The notes beneath the pieces are model-generated. The model did not search any database, was not told the DNA's origin, and worked only from the letters and a program-made list of their open reading frames with translations. The translations under genes and the position numbers were made by a program. A stretch of 64,000 bases of DNA from a candidate division FCPU426 bacterium (GTDB lineage: Bacteria; Oederibacteriota; JAAXVQ01; JAUVAV01). Below are positions 20,963 through 30,402 of the stretch, one piece after another. The number at the start of each line of letters is the position of its first letter. Within the stretch, counting starts at the first letter, position 1. The DNA lies in assembly GCA_040756875.1 (NCBI GenBank), contig JBFLYH010000001.1:608001-672000 (forward strand), in the 5' to 3' direction.

Positions 20963-21903
20963 GTGATCCGGCTGCAGGCATCGACATCCTCATCATAGGC
21001 GGCGGCCCGGCCGGGCTCGCAGCCGGCTTATATGCGGTCCGGACCGGCCGTTCGGTGCTGCTGCTGGAGCAATTCGTGCCCGGCGGCCAAGTGGGGAATA
21101 CCTGGCAGGTCGACAATTATCCCGGGCTGGCGCATATTTCAGGCCCGGATCTTATGCAGAAGATGGAAAGCCAGGTTCGGGATCTCGGCCTGACCATAGA
21201 AACTTCGCCAGTAACCGGAGTAACCCCCGGGCCGATCCACACGGTTCATACGCCAGCAAAGGATTATTCCGCCCGGACGGTGATCCTGGCCGTGGGTGCT
21301 GTGCCCAAACCACTTGGGATTCCGGGCGAACAAGAATACCGCGGACGGGGCGTTTCGTATTGCGGAACTTGCGATGGCCCCTTTTTCCGCCAGCAGCCAG
21401 TGGCGGTCATCGGGGGTGGTAATACTGCTCTGGAAGAAGCTGAATTTTTAACTCGTTTTGCCTCCAAAGTTTACCTTGTACACCGACGCCCCCAATTCCG
21501 CGCCGACCACATTGTCCAGGAACATGTCCTGAAGAACCCGAAAATCGAAATCGTCACTCCCTATGTTCCGCAGGAGGTTCTCGGAAAGGAACAGGGCGTG
21601 ACCGGATTGAGGATCAGCCACCGCGAACAACCCGAGTGCCGCGATCTGGAAGTGAAAGGGGTCTTTGTGTTTGTGGGATGGACGCCCCAAACCGAGGCGT
21701 TTCGAAAGACCGTGGATTGCGATGATGAAGGATATATCCGGACTGATCAAACTTTCGGCACTTCGGTGCCTGGAATCTTTGCCGCCGGGGATTGCAGGGC
21801 CAACCTGCTCAAACAAATCGTGGTCGCGGCCGGGGAAGGCGCGACCGCCGCGGTCATGGCTGACCGGTTTCTGGCGACCCATGCCGCCCCGGCTCGAAAA
21901 TAA
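20959..21903 (+). CDS. trxB: Thioredoxin-disulfide reductase
   Basis: GGGPAG; GVSYCGTCDG; GGGNTALEEA; VHRR; AAGD. Confidence 0.95.
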   Translation: MSDPAAGIDILIIGGGPAGLAAGLYAVRTGRSVLLLEQFVPGGQVGNTWQVDNYPGLAHISGPDLMQKMESQVRDLGLTIETSPVTGVTPGPIHTVHTPAKDYSARTVILAVGAVPKPLGIPGEQEYRGRGVSYCGTCDGPFFRQQPVAVIGGGNTALEEAEFLTRFASKVYLVHRRPQFRADHIVQEHVLKNPKIEIVTPYVPQEVLGKEQGVTGLRISHREQPECRDLEVKGVFVFVGWTPQTEAFRKTVDCDDEGYIRTDQTFGTSVPGIFAAGDCRANLLKQIVVAAGEGATAAVMADRFLATHAAPARK

Positions 21904-21904
21904 T

Positions 21905-21933
21905 TTGCACTTCCCACCATCGTCTGCTAAACT
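21905..21933 (+). promoter_or_regulatory. Putative sigma70 promoter for the second barrel/cargo cluster
   Basis: TTGCAC, 17 nt spacer, TAAACT, with extended -10 TG. Confidence 0.5.
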
Positions 21934-21990
21934 TTTATTTCCTTGCCTATTCCATTCCTTCAATCCCATCATCTGGGTTGGGAGCGCTGC

Positions 21991-23334
21991 ATGCGCCATA
22001 TTTTAAGCGCCTTATTGGCCGGTGTCTTGTTTTTCTGCGGCGCGGTTTCTCAAGGCGCCCAAGTGGAATACCGCTCTGCCCGCATGAGCAACGCGTTTTT
22101 AGATGTGGGAGTCGGCGCCCGGGGCGTCGCTTTGGGAGAGGCCTTCACAGGCGCAGCGGATGACGTGTCCAGTTTGTACTGGAATCCCGCGGGACTGGGG
22201 CACCTGCGCGCCTGGCAGGTGCAATTGATGCACAACCTGTGGTTTGCGGGCATCAGCCAGGAGTTTGCCGCCTGCGCCATACCCCTGGGCCGCGGAACCG
22301 CCGGCGTTTCGGTCAGCTGGTTCAATTATGGAGAACTGACACGGGCCGACGAGTTCGGCAGGGATTTGGGCCAGTTCAATGCGTATGATCTTAATCCGGG
22401 CATTGGGTACGGCCAGCAGTTTTCCCCCTTTTTCAGCGGAGGGGCCGCTCTTTATATTCCCGTCTCAATGATCGATGACTCGTCGCAAATCTCTTTTGCC
22501 CTCACGCTCGGCGCCCAATATCAATTGCCCAGTTATTCGCCCCTGACCCTCGGCCTGACGGTTCGCAATCTCGGGAGCGGCATTGGGCATGGGTCCCAAC
22601 CCAGTCAGGTGCTCCTGGGCGCGGCCTGGACCGGCGCGTTTCCCGATTTGCGGTTGTCGCTGGATCTCGGCAAACGGCTGGCGGAGGATGTGACCAGCTT
22701 CAATCTGGGGGCGGAGTACAACTGGCAGGGGTTGCTGTGGCCCCGCCTTGGCTACCATTCCACCAATGAAACCAGCGGGTTGGGGAACGGTCTGGCCGGG
22801 TTGTCCGCAGGCGTGGGATATCACCAACCGCTCGGCGATCTGGTCTTGATCCTTGATTATGCCTTCGTGCCATACGGTGATTTGGGGGCCACCCATCGTC
22901 TGGCCATAAGCGTTGAATTCGGCTCGCTTCCCGCGGCCCAACCGTCAGCCGCGGTTCCTGCCGCTGCGCAAATCGCTCCGGCCAAGGCGGCTGCGCTTCC
23001 TCCCAAAACAACGGCAGCGCCGGTTCAGGCCGTTAAAACCGAAAAAGCGCCGGAAAAAGCGTCTCCCCCGGCCAAAGTGAAAGCCAAAACGTTGGGGCCC
23101 AAGATCAAGCTGTCCTGGCAACCCGGGCCGTCGGCCGCGGCAGGATATCAAGTATTCATGAAATCCGGCGCCAAAGGCCGGTATGAACGCCTGAATGCCC
23201 ACCCCGTGCAACGGGAAGAATTCACCACCAAAACGCTGAAACGCAAACGGACGTATTATTTCCAAATCAAGGCCGTTGACCGGCAGGGGCGCTTGAGCGA
23301 GGCTTCGCCGGAGCTGAAAGTCTATTTGAAGTAA
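21991..23334 (+). CDS. PorV/PorQ-like barrel with Ala/Pro/Lys linker and C-terminal fibronectin type III-like domain
   Basis: FLDVGVGARGVALGEAFTGAADD...WNPAGL; DYAFVPYGDLGATHR; FN3 pattern KLSW...GYQV...TYYFQIKAVDRQGRLS. Confidence 0.78.
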   Translation: MRHILSALLAGVLFFCGAVSQGAQVEYRSARMSNAFLDVGVGARGVALGEAFTGAADDVSSLYWNPAGLGHLRAWQVQLMHNLWFAGISQEFAACAIPLGRGTAGVSVSWFNYGELTRADEFGRDLGQFNAYDLNPGIGYGQQFSPFFSGGAALYIPVSMIDDSSQISFALTLGAQYQLPSYSPLTLGLTVRNLGSGIGHGSQPSQVLLGAAWTGAFPDLRLSLDLGKRLAEDVTSFNLGAEYNWQGLLWPRLGYHSTNETSGLGNGLAGLSAGVGYHQPLGDLVLILDYAFVPYGDLGATHRLAISVEFGSLPAAQPSAAVPAAAQIAPAKAAALPPKTTAAPVQAVKTEKAPEKASPPAKVKAKTLGPKIKLSWQPGPSAAAGYQVFMKSGAKGRYERLNAHPVQREEFTTKTLKRKRTYYFQIKAVDRQGRLSEASPELKVYLK

Positions 23335-23382
23335 AACGTCGCCTCTGACTTCATGCTGAGCATTCAAAGAGGAGGGGTAAAT

Positions 23383-25215
23383 ATGCACAAGCAAGGGATG
23401 AAAAAAATGATTTGGCTGGCCTGCGCTGCCTGGCTGGCCCTGCCGGCAGCCACCTGGGCGGCGTATTCCTGGGTGATCGAAGGAGGCGGTACGCTGAATT
23501 CGGACAATACCCGGGACGGCGCGTTCGGCTCCCTGGCCAGCGACGGCACGCAAATGTATACCGCCTACATCGAAAACATCGCCCAACCGACTCCTCCTTC
23601 CAGGTTCTGGGTCTATGTGAAGTTTTACAACGGTTCGGGCTGGCAAATGGTGGGGAACACCACCTGCAGCTATACCACGGGCCGGTCATGCAAATATCCT
23701 GACATCATCGCCGCGGGCACCAACAATCTCTGGGTGGCTTTCCCGCAATTCGACGCCGGTGGAAACACCTATACCACCCAGCTGGCCATTTCCCACTGGA
23801 ATGGTTCCGATTGGAACCAGAAGTGGTCCCTGCGGCATGACGACGGCTACTGGTGTGAATTTCCTTCCGTTGCCCAATACAACGGCACGCCGTATGTCGT
23901 CTGGCAGGAGAACACCCGCGGGAATGGGTACGACTTTAACGGCCACATTTATGCCGCGCGCCTGAACGGCAGCACATGGGATTTCCTGGGCGGGAATTTG
24001 GACACTTATTCTGGCGGGGAATACGCCACCACGCCGGATGTCTGCGTGGATCCGGCCACCGGGGTCCCTTACGCGACCTATATCGACAGCAATAATGTCT
24101 ATGTGAAGAAGTGGAACGGCAACGATTGGGAACAAGTCGGCGGGCAAGTCAATGTCGGACATTATTACGCCTACAATCCCACCATTGACCATGACGGGAC
24201 CCATCTGGTGGTCACTTACAGCCACTGGTATTCCGGATACATGGTTCGGATTTACGTGCACCGTTGGAACGGCTCGAGCTGGGAACAGATTGGAAATGCG
24301 CTTAACAACGACACCAGCCACGATGCCTGGTATCCTATCGTCAAACTCTACGGCGGAGCCATGTATGTGGCGTTTGAAGAGAGCTTTTATTATCCCAATG
24401 CCTTCAATTATCTTAAAACCTTTAATGGCACCAGCTGGGAAACCCTGGCCGGCGCCCTGTCATACGATGTCTCCCAAAATGTCTTTGAGCCGGACATGGC
24501 CTTCCATAACGGCGTGCCGTACGTGACGTGGTACGAGCCGCTGGCAGGGCCCGGAACCAACCTGGCCTATACCGCCCGTTTGGACAATGTCATCCCCACC
24601 TCGACCGTGACCTCCACGTTCACGATTACTCCCACGGTCACAGTCACCCCGACCTTGACGGAAACGGAGATTGTGACCGCAACACCCACTTCGACCATCA
24701 GCCCCACGGACACCCCCGTGCCGCCGGGTTCCACGGAAACCGACACGCCGACTTCCACGGAGACAGTCACCCGGACGTTCACAACCACGCCGACGCGGAC
24801 CATTTCGCCTACGCGCACGCCGACGCCCACTCATACTCCGGTGCTGAGCCCGACGATCACCCCGACCCCGACGGCCACGCAGACCATCTCCCGGACCGTA
24901 ACGCCCACGATCACGCTCACTCCCTATCCGATCCTCGATCAGGAAATCGTGGCTTACCCGAATCCGGCCAAAGACCGCGTGGTGTTCGCCTACCGCCTGG
25001 ATGCCGCCTCGGATGTTACGATCCGGATTTACGACCTGAACGGCAGCGAAGTGGCGCGCATCAACAATCCCGGCCAAGCCGTCAGCGCTGGTGCGCAAAG
25101 CGTCTGGACGCTGGAGAAAGCCGCCAGCGGCATTTATCTGGTGCGGGTAGTCATCGAGCCGTTGAACGGTTCGGCCAAACGCGAAAAGACCCTGAAAATT
25201 GCGGTTGTGAAATAA
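23383..25215 (+). CDS. Secreted Trp/Tyr-rich beta-propeller-like protein + T/P linker + T9SS type A-like CTD
   Basis: RBS GGAGG; signal peptide; repeats of (W/F)NG(S/N/T)xW; T/P linker ~24595-24924; CTD VAYPNP...IRIYDLNG...ASGIYLV...KIAVVK. Confidence 0.78.
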   Translation: MHKQGMKKMIWLACAAWLALPAATWAAYSWVIEGGGTLNSDNTRDGAFGSLASDGTQMYTAYIENIAQPTPPSRFWVYVKFYNGSGWQMVGNTTCSYTTGRSCKYPDIIAAGTNNLWVAFPQFDAGGNTYTTQLAISHWNGSDWNQKWSLRHDDGYWCEFPSVAQYNGTPYVVWQENTRGNGYDFNGHIYAARLNGSTWDFLGGNLDTYSGGEYATTPDVCVDPATGVPYATYIDSNNVYVKKWNGNDWEQVGGQVNVGHYYAYNPTIDHDGTHLVVTYSHWYSGYMVRIYVHRWNGSSWEQIGNALNNDTSHDAWYPIVKLYGGAMYVAFEESFYYPNAFNYLKTFNGTSWETLAGALSYDVSQNVFEPDMAFHNGVPYVTWYEPLAGPGTNLAYTARLDNVIPTSTVTSTFTITPTVTVTPTLTETEIVTATPTSTISPTDTPVPPGSTETDTPTSTETVTRTFTTTPTRTISPTRTPTPTHTPVLSPTITPTPTATQTISRTVTPTITLTPYPILDQEIVAYPNPAKDRVVFAYRLDAASDVTIRIYDLNGSEVARINNPGQAVSAGAQSVWTLEKAASGIYLVRVVIEPLNGSAKREKTLKIAVVK

Positions 25216-25222
25216 CCCGGAG

Positions 25223-26179
25223 GTGACGCACATGCACAAATCCTCGACTTGGTTGATTTTGGGAACCCTCGTGTTCTGTTGCGGCGGGACGCTGTGGGCG
25301 GAACAAGTGAATTTCGCAGCCGGCGAAACGGCGGCTGCTTATCTCAACCTGCCGGTGAACGCCAGGCAAACCGGCATGGCCGGCGCCGGCGTGGCCGTAG
25401 CCGACGATCTGGGGGCGCTGACCGTCAACCCGGCCGGTTTGAGCCGCATGCAGGGCGCTGAGCTTCAGGCGTTGCACGGCTTTTGGGTGCAGGATATTTT
25501 TTATGATTATTTGGCATTCGGCCAGCCCGTGGACGCGGGAACAGCGGTGGCCGCCAGCCTGGCTTACTTCAATTTCGGATCCATGGACAAATACGTCATG
25601 GATGCGATCGGCAATCCGGTGGCCCAAGGCACGTTCACACCGTATGTCTATTTGCTGACAGCCGGCGTGGGTCAGAGCGTGCTGCCTGAACTCGGCGTGG
25701 GGCTGAACCTTAAATACTTGTCGCAGAACATCGACACCAGTTCTTCCACGGCCTTTGCCGTCGACCTGGGCGCCGCCTACGCGACCGACATCAAGGGCTT
25801 GAACGTGGGCCTGACCTTGAGCAACATCGGCAGCGAACTGGACGGGAAATCATTGCCCCTGGACGTCAACCTGGGCGCCGCCTATCAGCTGGCACTGCAG
25901 GGATTGGGCCAGGACCAGCTCAATGTCACCGCCGAAGCGGCGATCCCCACGATGGCCAGCGATAATTACGACGTCATGCTCGGCGCTGAATACTGGTACA
26001 ACCGCCTCCTGGCCTTGCGCGTCGGGTATCAGCTGGATGCGGATGCCGGTTTGGGCGGGATCGAAGGGTTGACCGCCGGACTGGGGTTCAATTACCAGAT
26101 GTTGAGCGTTCAATTCGGGTTTACTTCCCTGGGTGTGCTTGGGGAAGTGTATCAAATCGGCTTGGGATTGAAACTGTAA
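25223..26179 (+). CDS. PorV/PorQ-like outer-membrane beta-barrel
   Basis: YLNLPVNARQTGMAGAGVAVADD...NPAGLS; GAEYWY..LALRVGY; C-terminal amphipathic strand; true start may be ATG 25232. Confidence 0.78.
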   Translation: MTHMHKSSTWLILGTLVFCCGGTLWAEQVNFAAGETAAAYLNLPVNARQTGMAGAGVAVADDLGALTVNPAGLSRMQGAELQALHGFWVQDIFYDYLAFGQPVDAGTAVAASLAYFNFGSMDKYVMDAIGNPVAQGTFTPYVYLLTAGVGQSVLPELGVGLNLKYLSQNIDTSSSTAFAVDLGAAYATDIKGLNVGLTLSNIGSELDGKSLPLDVNLGAAYQLALQGLGQDQLNVTAEAAIPTMASDNYDVMLGAEYWYNRLLALRVGYQLDADAGLGGIEGLTAGLGFNYQMLSVQFGFTSLGVLGEVYQIGLGLKL

Positions 26180-26204
26180 GCGTGGGAAGGGAAGGCGGAG
26201 CGTA

Positions 26205-28469
26205 ATGTCCAGCGGGATAGTGCGGCGCAGCCTCGGCGCGCTGGCGATAGTCATGGCGGGATGTCTTTCGGCGCAAGCCGGTCAAAATACCTGGACCAGC
26301 GCTGGGCCGGAAGGCGCCCGGGTTTTTCAGGCGGCCGTGGACCCGGGCAACTCCCTGACCGTGTTTTGCGCCCTGGGCGAAGGACTCTACCGCACCACGG
26401 ATCAGGGGCAAACCTGGGCGCCGCGCCAAACGGGGCTAGGCGCAGCACCGCGGATCCGAGATTTGGCCATGGATCCGACCAATGGCCAGCGGCTGTATTG
26501 CATCCTGGATAATGACGGCTTTTTCCGCACCCAGGACGGCGGTGCCACCTGGGTCCGACCCGCCGGCGGGATCAACTTTACCGGTCAGGCGCTGGACGGC
26601 ATCGAACTCTCGGCCGGTAATCCGAACATTCTCTATGTGTGGGCGGGCGCGCCGCCCGGGCACCTGTATTTGAGCACGGATTACGGCGATTCCTTCCGGG
26701 AAGTGGGCGGGCAGGGCCTGCCGCTCTCGCAAGGCCGCCTGACGAGCGTGCTGGCCAGCAGCGGCACTTCCAACACGCGGGAAGCTTTTGCGGGATTTGA
26801 CGACGGATTGGGACTGTACTTCACGGCGGACAGCGGCGAGCATTGGTTTCACCACACCGGGTCCATCGGGTATGAATTGCCGGATCCCCTGTCCGTGCTG
26901 TGGATCTGCGAATGTGCTGACACGGCTTTGTATACCTGGGTGGCCATCGGCACGCGGGACAATGCCGTCTGGGTCACGGACGGGTTCGGCGGCCGCTGGT
27001 TCAAGCGGGACGGCAATCTATCATCCAGCGACGACGTCTCGTACCTCTTCAGCCATCCGGCCGCACCGACCACGGTTTATGCCCTGGTGGATCGGAGCGA
27101 CGGCACCCGGAATTTGCTCCGTTCCACCTGGTCCATCACGCCCAGCAACTGGTATTGGAGCACGGTTGAAACCGGCACGGACTCCCTCCGGTTATCTGGT
27201 CCGGATTCGGGTTCAGGCGCGCTGTGGAGCGTCGGGGAATCCGGGTTAAGGTATTCGGAAAACCAGGGAAGTTCCTGGACCAGCCGGATGGGTGGCATAT
27301 ACCAATCCTATGTCACCTCGGTAAGCCAAGGAGCAGGGCACCTGCTGGCGATCATTGGGAACAAGCAATTGGCCTGGAGCCCGGACTTGGGATCGAGCTG
27401 GCAGTCGCTTTCCCATCCTGCCTGGCCTCTGAAAGACAGCTTGGTGATTCCCGCCGCTGTTCCGGCCGGCGTGGATACGTTGCTGCTGGCGACGGATGGC
27501 GGCGGCATCCAGGAGAGTGTCACTACGGGCACGGCGTGGTCCGGCGTGTCTTTTGCCCTGCCGTCGGTTAGCCTGCTGGCTCCGGGAACCAACACGAATA
27601 CATGTTTCGCCGTTACGCCGGCTGGCGAGATCTATATCGGTCAGAAACAGGGGAGTTTTTCCTGGATCTGGACCGCTATGGATGACGGGCTTCCGGCTTC
27701 CCTGACAATCACCGGGATGGCCCAGGATCCGCATGTAACGGAAAACTGGTTTCTTTTCACCTCTGACCGGCAACTCTGGCGGAAATCTGGGGATGCCGAT
27801 TGGCAGCAGGTGACGGCCTGGCAGAATCAGGCGCAAATTTACAGTTTGGCCTTTGATCCGGTCATCCCCGATTCGCTGTATGTCAGCACGGATCAAGGTG
27901 TGTTTTTCAGCGCGGACCAGGGCGCTTCCTGGGGTTCACTGGGGCTGACCTCGCAAACCGTGACTGGAGTTGCCGCCTACCGAAACAGCATTGTCTATGC
28001 AGCCACGCGCGCCCAGGGGGTTCATTGGAAATACCGTCCCGGGGCCACCTGGGACGGCATGACCACGGGATTTCCGGCCAACGGCGAAATCCTGGACTTC
28101 ACGCTGGCCCAGGAATCCCAAACCTTGGTGGCTGCCGTGGCTGATCATGGCGTCCAGGTTTACACGGTGACCGGAGTCAGTCCGGTGGAACCGGATGCCT
28201 CTTCTCAGGCTGGCTGCAAAGTGTTTCCCAATCCGGCCACCGGCGAGATGTTCCAAGTCCGCTTCAATGCCACGGAAACCGGGGAGGCGCAAATCGCGGT
28301 TCTGAACATTGCCGGCCGTCTGGTGACCCAGACCCGCCAGACCGTGGTTTCCACCGGCCTCCAACTGGCGGTCATGGAACTGGGCCGCATGGCCAATGGC
28401 ATTTATATTGTCGTGGTGCGGGTGAACGATAAACAGGTGGGAACCGTCAAGCTCGCGGTCAAACGCTAG
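26205..28469 (+). CDS. Secreted BNR/Asp-box (sortilin/GH74-like) beta-propeller protein with T9SS type A-like CTD
   Basis: Asp-boxes RTTDQGQTW, RTQDGGATW, STDYGDSF, TADSGEHW, SADQGASW; CTD VFPNPA...NIAGRLV...MANGIYIV...KLAVKR. Confidence 0.8.
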   Translation: MSSGIVRRSLGALAIVMAGCLSAQAGQNTWTSAGPEGARVFQAAVDPGNSLTVFCALGEGLYRTTDQGQTWAPRQTGLGAAPRIRDLAMDPTNGQRLYCILDNDGFFRTQDGGATWVRPAGGINFTGQALDGIELSAGNPNILYVWAGAPPGHLYLSTDYGDSFREVGGQGLPLSQGRLTSVLASSGTSNTREAFAGFDDGLGLYFTADSGEHWFHHTGSIGYELPDPLSVLWICECADTALYTWVAIGTRDNAVWVTDGFGGRWFKRDGNLSSSDDVSYLFSHPAAPTTVYALVDRSDGTRNLLRSTWSITPSNWYWSTVETGTDSLRLSGPDSGSGALWSVGESGLRYSENQGSSWTSRMGGIYQSYVTSVSQGAGHLLAIIGNKQLAWSPDLGSSWQSLSHPAWPLKDSLVIPAAVPAGVDTLLLATDGGGIQESVTTGTAWSGVSFALPSVSLLAPGTNTNTCFAVTPAGEIYIGQKQGSFSWIWTAMDDGLPASLTITGMAQDPHVTENWFLFTSDRQLWRKSGDADWQQVTAWQNQAQIYSLAFDPVIPDSLYVSTDQGVFFSADQGASWGSLGLTSQTVTGVAAYRNSIVYAATRAQGVHWKYRPGATWDGMTTGFPANGEILDFTLAQESQTLVAAVADHGVQVYTVTGVSPVEPDASSQAGCKVFPNPATGEMFQVRFNATETGEAQIAVLNIAGRLVTQTRQTVVSTGLQLAVMELGRMANGIYIVVVRVNDKQVGTVKLAVKR

Positions 28470-28529
28470 GAACCCCTGGCAGGCTGGAATTCCCATTTCC
28501 GCTGGAATCTTGCGGACCGAACGACAGGA

Positions 28530-28628
28530 TCATTGCTTCTTGTTCAATACCCTCCGGAAGCAGAACACCCCGGCCGCAATAATCATCCCCCAGGAAACCA
28601 ATAGGAAAACCCAGCCGCCCCAATTCAT
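28530..28628 (-). CDS. 32-aa single-TM protein, putative MetS-like small subunit of the NSS transporter (not in ORF track)
   Basis: MNWGGWVFLLVSWGMIIAAGVFCFRRVLNKKQ*; RBS AAGGAGG 7 nt upstream; starts 2 nt after the transporter stop. Confidence 0.7.
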   Translation of the reverse strand: MNWGGWVFLLVSWGMIIAAGVFCFRRVLNKKQ

Positions 28629-28630
28629 GA

Positions 28631-30184
28631 TCAAGCCTCCTTGTTTACCGCCCGGCTGCGCCGGCGCCAGGACAACCAGACTCCCAAACACAAGCCGGTA
28701 AAGATCAGCAGCAGCATGAGCCGGACCGCCAGAACCACGGACCGGTTTTCAGCCGGCACGTTTTTCATCAGCAAGGTGGGCAGGCCCTCCTGCGCCAGCC
28801 AGAAACCGAGAATGACCAACAGAAAAACCGGCGTGACGTACTTGATGATGAACTTATAAATGCGGGGCAGGGTCAAATCAGCCCCTGTATGGATCTCCTC
28901 CCAGGCCTTTTCCATCCCGAAAATCCAGGCGAACAGAATCGCCTCGATTGTCCCGAAGAGCACCAGGCTGAACGTGCCGCCCCAAAAATCCAGTTCGTCC
29001 ACTACGCCATGCGCCAGGCCGAAGATCGCCGGCTGGCAGAGAAGAAAAGCGGCAATCCCGAAGAACCAGACCGCCTTCTTGCGGCCCACGTTGAATTCGT
29101 CCTCGATGAACGCCACGGCCGGCTGGGCCAGGGACACCGAGGAGGTCACGCCGGCCAAAAACAGGAGGGCGAACCAGAGGAAGGCAAACAGCGGACCCAG
29201 GGGAATTTTTTCGAAAATCAGGGGCATGGTTACGAATCCCAGGTTGAAGGAACCGCTTTTGGCAATGGCCTGAATTTCACCCGGCCCGAAAAAGGCGAAC
29301 GCCATGGGGATGACGATGCTGCCTCCCAACACCACTTCCGCGAATTCGTTGGTGCTGACAGCCGTAAGCCCCGACAGGACCACGTCGTCTTCTTTTTTCA
29401 GGTAGCTGGCATAGGTCAGGATGACACCGATGCCCACGCTGAGCGTAAAGAATATTTGGCCGGCTGCGGCCAGCCAGGTTTTGGCGCTAAGCAGCGCGGA
29501 AAAATCCGGGTTCCAGAGGAACCCCAGGCCATTGGCGATGTTCCAGTCGGGGTGGGAGGCGTTCGGGGCGCCAAGCGTCAACACCCGGATGAGGATGATC
29601 AGGGCGAAACACAGCAGCATGGGCATTGCCAGTTTGCTCAGCCGTTCGATGCCACCTTTAATGCCAAAGTACACCACGCTCATGTTCAGGCTGAAAGTGA
29701 TCAGAAAAAAGATGTAGGCAGGCCCCAGGGTGCTGAAATACTCGTTCTGCACCAACCCCTGAAATCCGCTGAGAAAGGCTTTCATGCTGCCCTCGGTGGT
29801 GGCGGCGGCATACTGCCCGGAAAGGGAGAAGAAACTGTAGGCCAGCAACCAGGATTCGATATAGGTGTAATAAATAAAAATGACCATTGGCCCGAAAATG
29901 CCGATGACGCCAAAATACTTGATGAAACGGTTCTTGCGCCAAGCGCTATGGAAAATACCCGGCGCCGTGGAGTGTTCGAACCCGCCCCCGTAGCGTCCGA
30001 GCGTCCATTCGATCCACATGAGGGGAATGCCGAGGAGGAGCAGGGAGATGAAATAGGGGATCATGAAAGCTCCGCCGCCGTTCTGGGCCGCCTGAACCGG
30101 GAAACGCAGGAAATTGCCCAAGCCCACTGCGCTGCCCGCCACAGCCATGATTACGCCGAGTTTTGAACCCCAGGTTTGACGCAT
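28631..30184 (-). CDS. Sodium-dependent neurotransmitter:sodium symporter (NSS/SLC6, LeuT-like) amino-acid transporter
   Basis: AGSAVGLGNFLRFPVQAAQNGGGAFMIPY; AAAGQIFFTLS; ~12 TM. Confidence 0.93.
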   Translation of the reverse strand: MRQTWGSKLGVIMAVAGSAVGLGNFLRFPVQAAQNGGGAFMIPYFISLLLLGIPLMWIEWTLGRYGGGFEHSTAPGIFHSAWRKNRFIKYFGVIGIFGPMVIFIYYTYIESWLLAYSFFSLSGQYAAATTEGSMKAFLSGFQGLVQNEYFSTLGPAYIFFLITFSLNMSVVYFGIKGGIERLSKLAMPMLLCFALIILIRVLTLGAPNASHPDWNIANGLGFLWNPDFSALLSAKTWLAAAGQIFFTLSVGIGVILTYASYLKKEDDVVLSGLTAVSTNEFAEVVLGGSIVIPMAFAFFGPGEIQAIAKSGSFNLGFVTMPLIFEKIPLGPLFAFLWFALLFLAGVTSSVSLAQPAVAFIEDEFNVGRKKAVWFFGIAAFLLCQPAIFGLAHGVVDELDFWGGTFSLVLFGTIEAILFAWIFGMEKAWEEIHTGADLTLPRIYKFIIKYVTPVFLLVILGFWLAQEGLPTLLMKNVPAENRSVVLAVRLMLLLIFTGLCLGVWLSWRRRSRAVNKEA

Positions 30185-30402
30185 TCCGACACACCTCTTC
30201 TGCAGAGCGTTGCCATTAACTTACCGAATAATTGCCGTGAACACAATGAAAAAGCCGCTGTCAGCTATCTTTACTTGACCGGGGGGTTGTGATATGATTC
30301 ACAGTCTTCTTCCCCCACAAGACCTATACAAACCCCGCCCTTGCCTATGGGAATGAAAGGGTATATTGGGTTGCACGGGGTATTCGATCCGGAGGAACTA
30401 CC

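Noticed and set aside
28889-30166. 425-aa plus-strand ORF
   Set aside because: Antisense to the LeuT-like transporter
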